Source: Pseudomonadota bacterium (GTDB lineage: Bacteria > Pseudomonadota > Gammaproteobacteria > Steroidobacterales > Steroidobacteraceae). From it: DNA of 64,000 bases. The stretch's first letter is position 1. Every line of letters starts with the position of its first letter. The notes under the pieces were generated by a model. It had not been told where the DNA came from. It made no database searches and saw nothing but the letters and a program-made list of their open reading frames with translations. Both the position numbers and the translations under genes were made by a program. Positions 27,295-35,286 of this stretch are shown one piece after another. Where the stretch lies: contig JAFAGC010000130.1 of assembly GCA_023423065.1 (NCBI GenBank), positions 60,118 through 124,117 on the forward strand, written 5' to 3'.

Positions 27295-29559
27295 ATGGAC
27301 GATACATACACCGCAACGAAGACACGCTCTAACAGACCCGGCTGGAGCGTAATTTTCCGGCACCCCCTTCGGCGAGATACGCGCGGCAAGGCTGGACTTA
27401 AGGTCCGACGCGGGCTCGATACCACTGACGACGCCCGCGCAGATGAGCTCGTCGGACAGCTCAATGCGCTACTTGGCGACCGACGCTGGTGGAGTGCCGA
27501 TCGCCGGGCCGATGCCGAACGTGAATTCGCCGCACTAGTCGTCTCGGCCTTCTATGACGGAATTGAAGTGGGCCGCGTCGATACTGCGGCTCTTCGAGAA
27601 TCGAAGATCCCACTCCCCAGCCGCGACCAGGGGTATTCGCGCATCCTCCTGGTCGGCACGACAGGCGCCGGCAAGACCACGCTATCTCGTCATCTCATCG
27701 GCTCGAATCACAGTTCAGATCGCTTTCCGTCCACGTCAACCGCGCGAACCACAATTGCAGATACCGAAATAGTGACGTCCGAAGGTTCGTTTGAGGGTGT
27801 CGTCACCTTCATGTCGGAATTCGAAGTGCGCGCACACATCGACGAGTGCATCGAAGCAGCGTGCCTCGCGACCATTGAAGGGCAACCAGCGGAAAAGATC
27901 GCGAGTGCATTGATGACACACCGCGAGCAACGCTTTCGACTCACTTACATCCTCGGCGAGTTATCGCTCGCAGAGCCTTCAGCCGAGGAGGAAAGCGAGT
28001 TTGAATTTGATGACACGCCGGCAGACGCCGGCGATGAGAATGCTGTTTCAACTGAGGATCGCGCTACGAATGCGTCGCGGCTGCGCACCTACTTAGAGCG
28101 CATAGAGGCCCTCGCGGCGACAACCGCTGAAGAAATGGCCGCGGATTTCGGGACGTTGTCTGCGCAAGGAACGCCCGATGACGCGGCTGCCTGGCTCGAG
28201 CTGTACAGCGACAAGCTGTTTGAGAGCGAAGAGTTTGCAAAACTTTCGCTAGATATCAAGGACGACATCGAGAGTCGCTTCGACCGCCTAGACGCGAATA
28301 TTCTGGACCGATCCGCCACGGGATGGCCGCAGTTCGCCACCTTCCAAAGTGAAGATCGCGAGACGTTTCTTGATCAGGTGCGCTGGTTCAGCAGCAATCA
28401 GTCGACGCAGTTCGGGCGGCTGTTGACGCCACTCGTCGATGGCATTCGCGTGAGAGGTCCATTCAAACCATTGAATCCGGATCTGCACATTGCAGATCGC
28501 ATCGTGCTAATCGATGGCGAAGGTCTCGGCCACACGGCCGAGTCAGCATCGAGCGTGTCAACGAAAATAACGCGGCGTTTTGCAGACGTTGATCTAATCC
28601 TGGTAGTCGACAGCGCTCAGCAGCCGATGCAGGCTGCGCCAATCGCGCTGCTGCAAGCTGCAGGAAGCGCGGGATACGGCGACAAGATCGCGGTCGCCTT
28701 CTCTCATTTCGATCAAGTCAGGGGGGACAATCTGAAAACGGTCGCACAAAAGCGCAGCCACGTACTCGCGAGCGTCGGCAATGCCATGACAAGCCTCCGG
28801 CAGCGACTCGGCGCGCCCGTCGCGACAGCACTCGAGCGTCGACTTAATGAAAGAGCGTTTCTATTCGGTGCGCTTGATCGCGAACTAGATTCCATTCCCA
28901 GCGGTGTGATTAGTGAGATGGGTCGCTTGATGAACCTGTTTCGCGAGGCGTCACTGCCCGAGAAGCGTGCCGAAGCGACGCCGATCTATGCCACTGGTGG
29001 CCTCGAGCTCGCGCTGCGGGATGCAGTGGAAAGCTTCTTGCGTCCGTGGGAAGCGCGCCTTGGACTCGCTTCGCGCGATGGAATCCGCACGGAACATTGG
29101 ACACGAGTCAAAGCTCTGACGCGTCGATTCGCGAACAGCTGGGGTGATGAGTACGACACGCTACGGCCCGCGAGTGACTTGATCGGCCGTATTCAAGAAG
29201 AAATCTCACGCTGGCTCGACAGCCCTTCTGGCTGGACCCGAGATCCGGGCGACGAAGATGAAAGAGTCTCCGCGCTGAATGCCGTCCGCAACGGCGTGTT
29301 CAACGCCCTGCACACTCTGGTAACAGATCGTTTGGGCGAACAGCACCGTGCGGAATGGATGTTAGCCTACACTTTTTCTGGGCGAGGCTCAGGGTCGCGC
29401 CGCGCCAGCGAGATCAGGCGAATCTACGAAGCAAGCGCACCACCGATCAGCGCTTCAATGCAACCCACCGCGCGCGCGTTCATGTCAGATGTAGTCAGCA
29501 TTGTACGAGACGCTGTTGAGAAATCTGGTGGACGCTTTGAGGTAGCGCAGGCGGCGTAA
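27295..29559 (+). CDS. large P-loop NTPase (GTPase-like) with an integrase-arm-like N-terminal domain
   Basis: GAGG lies 5 nt before ATG 27295. The N-terminus RPGWSVIFRHPLRRDTRGKAGLKVRRGLDTTDDARADELVGQLNALL resembles the N-terminal arm domains of tyrosine recombinases. Walker A is LLVGTTGAGKTT. A DxxG/Walker-B-like IVLIDGEGLGH lies about 290 aa later, followed by an NKxD-like FSHFDQV. Confidence 0.65.
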   Translation: MDDTYTATKTRSNRPGWSVIFRHPLRRDTRGKAGLKVRRGLDTTDDARADELVGQLNALLGDRRWWSADRRADAEREFAALVVSAFYDGIEVGRVDTAALRESKIPLPSRDQGYSRILLVGTTGAGKTTLSRHLIGSNHSSDRFPSTSTARTTIADTEIVTSEGSFEGVVTFMSEFEVRAHIDECIEAACLATIEGQPAEKIASALMTHREQRFRLTYILGELSLAEPSAEEESEFEFDDTPADAGDENAVSTEDRATNASRLRTYLERIEALAATTAEEMAADFGTLSAQGTPDDAAAWLELYSDKLFESEEFAKLSLDIKDDIESRFDRLDANILDRSATGWPQFATFQSEDRETFLDQVRWFSSNQSTQFGRLLTPLVDGIRVRGPFKPLNPDLHIADRIVLIDGEGLGHTAESASSVSTKITRRFADVDLILVVDSAQQPMQAAPIALLQAAGSAGYGDKIAVAFSHFDQVRGDNLKTVAQKRSHVLASVGNAMTSLRQRLGAPVATALERRLNERAFLFGALDRELDSIPSGVISEMGRLMNLFREASLPEKRAEATPIYATGGLELALRDAVESFLRPWEARLGLASRDGIRTEHWTRVKALTRRFANSWGDEYDTLRPASDLIGRIQEEISRWLDSPSGWTRDPGDEDERVSALNAVRNGVFNALHTLVTDRLGEQHRAEWMLAYTFSGRGSGSRRASEIRRIYEASAPPISASMQPTARAFMSDVVSIVRDAVEKSGGRFEVAQAA

Positions 29560-29649
29560 CAAGGATCGCAGGGACTTCCGAACTCCCTTTGTTGGTGAGA
29601 CAAAGTGCATTCAGTCCGGGTGTACTTCGAGAGCCGAGCGAATACTGCC

Positions 29650-30021
29650 TTAGATCAAACGCGGGGTAGTCGAGATCACTCTGTCCATCGTCCTTGCCCA
29701 ACCTTCCACTTCACTGGAAAGCTCGTAGCCCTGATCTTCTTTGCGGCTCCATGAAGAACATTGCGGAAAGCTGAGGTCAAAGGCGGCGATATTGCGACAG
29801 AGAAGTTCCAAATCTGTCGCAGACGATTGATTTGCTAGGAGCGAATACACTGTCGGTTGTAGCAGTGTGGTCACTCGCGCGTAGATCTCTGGTGCGGGAA
29901 CTGGAACAGCGGGATTACTTACGTCCCAAAGCGCTGCACTGAACGCCTCGCCCTGACACCGCAAACTTGCGGCAAGCAACACCGAAATGATGTCGTGAAA
30001 GCCTGTTCGCTCCCCGGGCAA
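29650..30021 (-). CDS. hypothetical protein or gene remnant
   Basis: 123-aa ORF from a TTG. The frame stays open upstream to 30171 with no ATG or GTG. Confidence 0.25.
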   Translation of the reverse strand: MPGERTGFHDIISVLLAASLRCQGEAFSAALWDVSNPAVPVPAPEIYARVTTLLQPTVYSLLANQSSATDLELLCRNIAAFDLSFPQCSSWSRKEDQGYELSSEVEGWARTMDRVISTTPRLI

Positions 30022-30217
30022 GTCCCAAGAAGTCGTTCGGCAGAAGAGTACTATGAGAAACGCATCTTCAGAAAATTGCCTGCCGCGAATTCTTGTCAGT
30101 AGTCCGCTCGCGTTAATGGTGAACCCATTGTCGCTACTCTGAAAATCCAGCCCTTGCGCTTTGGCGATTTTTCAAATCTCGTCCGACATTTTGCCCGCGC
30201 CTATCGAGCAGTGCCCG

Positions 30218-31468
30218 TCAAATCAGCTTGTCAGGAAGCTTCACCTTTTCCGCTGAACTCGCACCTAGCGCGAGTTTGTACTTATCAAGCAGGCCGTCAT
30301 CGGCGGGAAGCCCAGCCATATGACGCAGCAGCTCACGCGCCAAACTTTTGCCTCTGCCAATAACCGTCTGACGTACCGGGTCCCAAACAACTGATCTGTA
30401 TGGGGGCTTCGCAATATCCATTGGAAGCACTTTCAGCTGGTGAACTGCCTCGACCAAATTGATTTCGTGCGTATTTGCGAACGCGATCGCGGTTCGTGTG
30501 AAGGTATCCAGTCCAATTGGTCTGAAAAGAAAGTGACCTCCATGAGGGCCGCGCTGCTTCGCGGCAATCCCGTCAGGGTTGGCACTGGTGAGCACCTCTC
30601 CCACTGGCTTGAAGGCTTTACCCATTGACTCGAAGTATGAGACCGCCAAGTCGTAGAACTGACCTAAGCGGGCATCAGCTGGTCTGTTGAACCGAAGACT
30701 GCGATCACTGCGCTGTTTGACATCGTTAAGAAAAAGCAGTTTTAGCGTATCGTAGAGACTGGTAATTGTCGTCAAGCAAGTTCGGTTCGTTGCCGGAATG
30801 TTTTGACTCGAGATCACAGCGATCTTCGGATCTCGAAAATGTGGATTTGTCTCGACGAGACGTCGCGCGATGATCGCCATGACATCGTCTTCGTCCAAGG
30901 CAATGATGTCGCGTTTTCTGACGGGCACGGCAGTCTTGTTTAGAGTCGTAAAAAGTCTGCGCGTGCGCTGCATGCCAGCAGCATCTCGTTTATGTCCTAC
31001 TAGTAGTACGGCTACCTGCTCCTTTTCTAGATTGACTCCCTCCGCGATCGCTCGTTTGATTCCCGCCACCCGATGCTGGCCGTCCACCGCAAATATTTTT
31101 TCCGAGCCAGACAAGCTTAAGAAACCCAGGCTATCCATCGCTGCTGCCGGAATCAGCTTCACAATTTCAGGCCGACTAGTTGACTGAAAGCCACCGACCT
31201 CAAGCCATTCGGGGCTACCTTTATAGGTAGCGAGGACCAACGCATTGAAGAAGCGCTCTTTAGTGTTCGCGAGGTATTCCGCGATGTGCTTGGAACGCGG
31301 CCCTTCCAGGCTTCGCTGAATTAGCTGGGACAACGCCTTGTCAGGATGGATTTCTTCCGCGAACTGAACGCGAGTCCCCACCTCCTTGATCGGCATCAGA
31401 CAGGCGTAATAGATCCAGTCTCCGATCGAGCCGCGAATCGCCGGGAGTACAAGAGGATTTTGGTTCAT
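30218..31468 (-). CDS. DGQHR-domain protein (DndB-like paralogue)
   Basis: LPAIRGSIGDWIYYACLMPIKEV opening (compare DndB FPAIKGVQACREYYVSMCPL), FAVDGQHRVAGIKRAI and FTTLNKTAVPV motifs. Its ATG overlaps the stop of the upstream gene by 1 nt (TAATG). Confidence 0.8.
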   Translation of the reverse strand: MNQNPLVLPAIRGSIGDWIYYACLMPIKEVGTRVQFAEEIHPDKALSQLIQRSLEGPRSKHIAEYLANTKERFFNALVLATYKGSPEWLEVGGFQSTSRPEIVKLIPAAAMDSLGFLSLSGSEKIFAVDGQHRVAGIKRAIAEGVNLEKEQVAVLLVGHKRDAAGMQRTRRLFTTLNKTAVPVRKRDIIALDEDDVMAIIARRLVETNPHFRDPKIAVISSQNIPATNRTCLTTITSLYDTLKLLFLNDVKQRSDRSLRFNRPADARLGQFYDLAVSYFESMGKAFKPVGEVLTSANPDGIAAKQRGPHGGHFLFRPIGLDTFTRTAIAFANTHEINLVEAVHQLKVLPMDIAKPPYRSVVWDPVRQTVIGRGKSLARELLRHMAGLPADDGLLDKYKLALGASSAEKVKLPDKLI

Positions 31469-31974
31469 TAGAACGCCGCCGCCTTAGGCGCACGAATTCT
31501 AGCTTCAAGGTCCCGTTTGTTGACGGGAGGCATCACGGAGTTGATGAATGCCTTCTCGATGCGCGCCAGATCCACATTCTTCTTGGGCAAGGGCACAAAA
31601 TTGAAGAAGAGGTCGCCCCACCAATTCTTGAGCATGTAGTGGACCGCCGGGCGGCCGTCCTCGTTCTTGTAGTCAAGTAGATATTGAGCGTATCGCTTGT
31701 GTAGATCTTGCGCGGACGTATCCCCTGTAATGCCGACGTACATGATGTATCCATGCACAGGCAACTTGGCCGGCGAGACTTCGATGGTGAAGACATATAT
31801 CCCTCTCTCCTTGGGAACCAAACCGTGCGTATCTTCGCCGAAGCGAATCTTTTGCCATTCCAGTTTGTACTTGCTCTTGAACTTCTTCCAGGTACGCAAG
31901 TTCAAAAAGAATGCGTGTAGGTCTCCTTTGTACTTCTTCGTGAGATCGACCAGATCGTGATGCTTCCCCGCCAA
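31468..31974 (-). CDS. GIY-YIG-superfamily nuclease-like protein
   Basis: ERGIYVF...GYIMYVGIT, a conserved Arg (LHKRYAQYL), and a C-terminal EKAFINSVMPPVNKR (E...P.N). The TTG start is preceded by AAGGTGGGAG. Confidence 0.6.
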   Translation of the reverse strand: MAGKHHDLVDLTKKYKGDLHAFFLNLRTWKKFKSKYKLEWQKIRFGEDTHGLVPKERGIYVFTIEVSPAKLPVHGYIMYVGITGDTSAQDLHKRYAQYLLDYKNEDGRPAVHYMLKNWWGDLFFNFVPLPKKNVDLARIEKAFINSVMPPVNKRDLEARIRAPKAAAF

Positions 31975-32136
31975 ACGTCACTCCCACCTTCTTTGAGCCA
32001 CTCGAGATGTATCAGCTGCTGAACCTTCGACTATAGTGCCCAGGCTAGCAACGTATCGCTACGTTGTGAGCGTTAGCGCCCTTTGGACATTTTGAAGCAT
32101 AATCTGACGGACTATCGAGATATTAGGCCATTCTCC

Positions 32137-32310
32137 ATGATCCCGAAGCTCGTACAAACAGACCCGACGGAAAGGACATGCACTGCCTGTCGAACCCGCA
32201 AGCCACTCACGGAGTTTCATCACTTCGGCAGGCGGCGTGAGCGTATCGGGAAGTGGTGTGAGCCCTGCTTTCAACACATAAATGGCAGACGAAAGCGGTG
32301 CGCCCACTGA
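32137..32310 (+). CDS. possible small zinc-ribbon protein
   Basis: CTAC...(17 aa)...CEPC two-CxxC arrangement (TCTACRTRKPLTEFHHF...GKWCEPC). It lies in the 361-nt gap between minus-strand genes. It may be spurious. Confidence 0.25.
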   Translation: MIPKLVQTDPTERTCTACRTRKPLTEFHHFGRRRERIGKWCEPCFQHINGRRKRCAH

Positions 32311-32335
32311 TACTCCAAGATCGCAGCCGACCGCT

Positions 32336-32890
32336 CTAGGTCAGCTTCGCAGAGGGAGCGCCCACGACGATCTTGCGCTGCAGTATTTGCGCGAACTCAT
32401 CGACATGTGTGTCGTTGATATCCAGAGAACGAAGTTCCTCTTGCACCTTGAGCACATAGTCCGCGCATGAGCCGCTAGCACCACTCGCCGCCAACGCCAT
32501 TTGCACTCGCTGATCAATAGCCAGGTTGCCAATATATGTGCGGGACTGACGATCGTTCACGGGAACAATCCCTTGCACAGCCCTGCCATCTGGCAGCAAT
32601 ATTTCGTGAGTTTCGAGTGTAAACGAACGCCCTTCGCGGCGAGCGAGGGTAGCTAGTATGGCCTGACGCCTATCTTTACCGAACTCAAACGCGATACCCA
32701 CCACCTCGGCGTCTTGATCTGGTTCCAAGCCCAAAGTTGGTCCGCGTTTCTCACTTGTGCCCCAGTTCTTGCTTGAGGCTTTGTTGAAAGCGCGACGAAA
32801 TCCACGAAGCAGTGCGCCAGGCAACCTGTCGCCACTGAACGGCTTCTCCCAACCGTCCCACATCAATGACCCGTACCCGAAGACCCACAT
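32336..32890 (-). CDS. ChaC/gamma-glutamylcyclotransferase-like protein
   Basis: MWVFGYGSLMWDGW opening, typical of ChaC/GGCT (YGSL motif), and GLEPD...GIAFEF. GAGGAG lies about 10 nt before the ATG. The gene starts 30 nt after the dndE stop on the same strand. Confidence 0.75.
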   Translation of the reverse strand: MWVFGYGSLMWDGWEKPFSGDRLPGALLRGFRRAFNKASSKNWGTSEKRGPTLGLEPDQDAEVVGIAFEFGKDRRQAILATLARREGRSFTLETHEILLPDGRAVQGIVPVNDRQSRTYIGNLAIDQRVQMALAASGASGSCADYVLKVQEELRSLDINDTHVDEFAQILQRKIVVGAPSAKLT

Positions 32891-32920
32891 TCTTTACTGT
32901 CTCCTCGCGGGCGGCCTTGC

Positions 32921-33298
32921 TCAATCCACAAGTCCAATTAGGTCATCAATTTTTCGCAATTTCTTATTAGCGGCCAGGTAGGAAATTCCCCTGTGCAAAT
33001 GAAGACGGAACTGCTGGCTTAAGGACTCGGCATCACTCTCAAGCTTGTCGCGCACACAACGCTCTTTGAGTAAGGCCAAATAAATCTCGGAATACCTTCC
33101 AGCAAAGACCTTCCAGCTCATCTCGACATTGCTGTCGGCAGGCACCTTTGCCCGGGGCGGCACGCTCTTCTCTGCGAGAGAGACACAGAACGCCCACCGG
33201 CAGAGCGTGTTCCAGTGCTCAATGCCAGTGACTCGCTTGAGCTTGATCAGTTGATCCTTCGCCTGTTGCGAAAGCCGGATGTGGTCAATGGCGCTCAT
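32921..33298 (-). CDS. dndE: DNA sulfur modification protein DndE
   Basis: IRLSQQAKDQLIKLKRVTGIEHWNTLCRWAFCVSLAE is DndE-like. ATG 33298 overlaps the dndD stop (ATGA). Confidence 0.85.
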   Translation of the reverse strand: MSAIDHIRLSQQAKDQLIKLKRVTGIEHWNTLCRWAFCVSLAEKSVPPRAKVPADSNVEMSWKVFAGRYSEIYLALLKERCVRDKLESDAESLSQQFRLHLHRGISYLAANKKLRKIDDLIGLVD

Positions 33299-35286
33299 GC
33301 GGCTGCTCGCGTCTCGAAGTAGCCAGGTACAACTCGTGTGCAACCCTGCTTGTCGTCATACTCAAGCCGATATGTGCGGCCAATCCATGGATCAAGGCGG
33401 CGCAAGTATTCGCCCGAGATCTCTTCGTCTGTTGAGAGGAGGATCACTTGATGGCTCGCAAACGGAAAGTAGCGTTCGACTAGGTGGATGCGGTGATCCG
33501 TGTCGAGACGACCGAGCGGAGTATCTATTGCAGTTGGCAAGGGACGTCCGGATGCCTTAGCCAAGCCCCAAAGCAATGCAATCGCCAATAGCTGCCGCTC
33601 ACCAGCAGAGAGGCGCTCTGCAGTGAGGACCTTGTCGTCGCGACCAAACAGGGTGAGCGAGTACGTTTCTGCATCAATCGTAAGTCGGGTGACAAGAGAA
33701 GACTTCCTCAACAGCTGGCGATAGCTCTCAAGGACCAGCTGCTCAATTCGGCGTACATGCCGTGCCGTCACGGCACGACGAAAGGCACCCAAGGTTTCGC
33801 GGATCTTGCTCGAATGATGCAGGATGCGCGAGCGATCCTGTCGGTCGCCTTCCGCGCGAGCACCTTCTTCTAATAGCCGTGTGAGTGCCTGCCCTTTCCG
33901 TTCGATCTCGCGGAACACCCGTTCGATCTCGCTGCCAATAATGGCGTACTGCGACTCAAGCGCCGCGATCTCCAAGCGCAGCGCATCGCACTTCGAAGCT
34001 ATTTCTGCAACAGTGTCTGCACCTGGAATGCTGTCGAACTTGAGACGTAAACGTTCCGCGCGCACCGTCGCATCGCGCTGCTGCTTCACTTTGACAGCCG
34101 CCTCTTTTGATGTAGAGGCAAGTTCCTCGCGCAGCAAGGCATGCAGATCGGTTCGAGTTTCAGGCAGCAGATCCAGCACCGGCTGGTCTCCGCTCAAGGC
34201 TTCGCGCTTCTGCCTATCCTTCTCGAGAAACTTCTTCACGTCCTCGAGGGCGCCTTTGGTCAAACCTTGTTTGCGCAAGTGCTTGATCATCCCCTCGTCT
34301 CGCTCACGCAGCGTCTGAGCTACCTCACGCGCTTGACGAGCCTCTTCTTCAGACCGATCTCGAGCCGCGACGGCCTTCAATAGATCGCGAACGAGCAGCA
34401 ACGGAGCGGCACCAGCGGCTAGCTCACGAAGGGCCTCGGCACGCTGGGAAACTTCGTCGTCCGCTGCTTTGCGGTCGCGCTCAATCTCGGCTCGTTGCTC
34501 GTAAAGCTCACCGCCGAGCTTTCGGAATTGCTCTTCAAGCTTTGACAGCGTTTTCCGCTTCTGATCTATCTGATGTGTTCGCAACGAGGCGCGTTCCTCA
34601 GCGAGTTTTTCGGAACGGGTTCGCAGGTCCGTCAGTTCGTTCTCGGCGGCAGCGATTTCCGTCCGGGCGACATCATCGCGTTCTTGCGTGCGTTTGCGTC
34701 TCTCATAGACCTGCAGGTCTTTGTCGAGCTGATCAACAATGTCGAGCCCCAGTAGATTCTGGATCGCTGCGCCGATGAGAGAGGAAGAATTGGCGAAAGA
34801 GGCGTAGCTTTCGATCTGTTCACCGTCGAACAAGAACAGGTGTGCAATATTTGGCGGCATCAGGTCTTCGACCTGTGTGATCCAATTGTCCGCCAGTGCA
34901 GGTTCAAGTTGCCCATTGCGCCAAACTTCAAACTGCTCCTTGCAGCCGCTCTCGGTCACGCGCCAAGCGCGCCTCAACCGATAGTGATCCTCGTGCCCTT
35001 CCACGGTGTGCCTGAACGCAAGCTCGATCGAAGCGGCGCGATCTGTAGCGCTGCGATGAATACTTCTGCTCAGATACTCCGGATATCCGATCGATCCGCG
35101 GTTGGAGATCCGAGCGTGCGGACCATACAAGCAAAGCTGGAGCGCATCGAGAAGCGTTGTCTTACCACCGCCGTTCAGTCCACCGATCAGCACAACCGGC
35201 TTCGACGCCGACGGCGGGGTGAAGCAAAGCGTTTGTCGATCGGCATAGAGGCCAAAATTCTGTAACGTGATCTCGTCAAGAATCAT
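33295..35286 (-). CDS. dndD: DNA sulfur modification protein DndD (SMC-like ATPase)
   Basis: MILDEITLQNFGLY...GGLNGGGKTT Walker A, a long coiled-coil middle, LSAGERQLLAIALLW signature, and AIDTPLGRLD. Confidence 0.9.
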   Translation of the reverse strand: MILDEITLQNFGLYADRQTLCFTPPSASKPVVLIGGLNGGGKTTLLDALQLCLYGPHARISNRGSIGYPEYLSRSIHRSATDRAASIELAFRHTVEGHEDHYRLRRAWRVTESGCKEQFEVWRNGQLEPALADNWITQVEDLMPPNIAHLFLFDGEQIESYASFANSSSLIGAAIQNLLGLDIVDQLDKDLQVYERRKRTQERDDVARTEIAAAENELTDLRTRSEKLAEERASLRTHQIDQKRKTLSKLEEQFRKLGGELYEQRAEIERDRKAADDEVSQRAEALRELAAGAAPLLLVRDLLKAVAARDRSEEEARQAREVAQTLRERDEGMIKHLRKQGLTKGALEDVKKFLEKDRQKREALSGDQPVLDLLPETRTDLHALLREELASTSKEAAVKVKQQRDATVRAERLRLKFDSIPGADTVAEIASKCDALRLEIAALESQYAIIGSEIERVFREIERKGQALTRLLEEGARAEGDRQDRSRILHHSSKIRETLGAFRRAVTARHVRRIEQLVLESYRQLLRKSSLVTRLTIDAETYSLTLFGRDDKVLTAERLSAGERQLLAIALLWGLAKASGRPLPTAIDTPLGRLDTDHRIHLVERYFPFASHQVILLSTDEEISGEYLRRLDPWIGRTYRLEYDDKQGCTRVVPGYFETRAAA

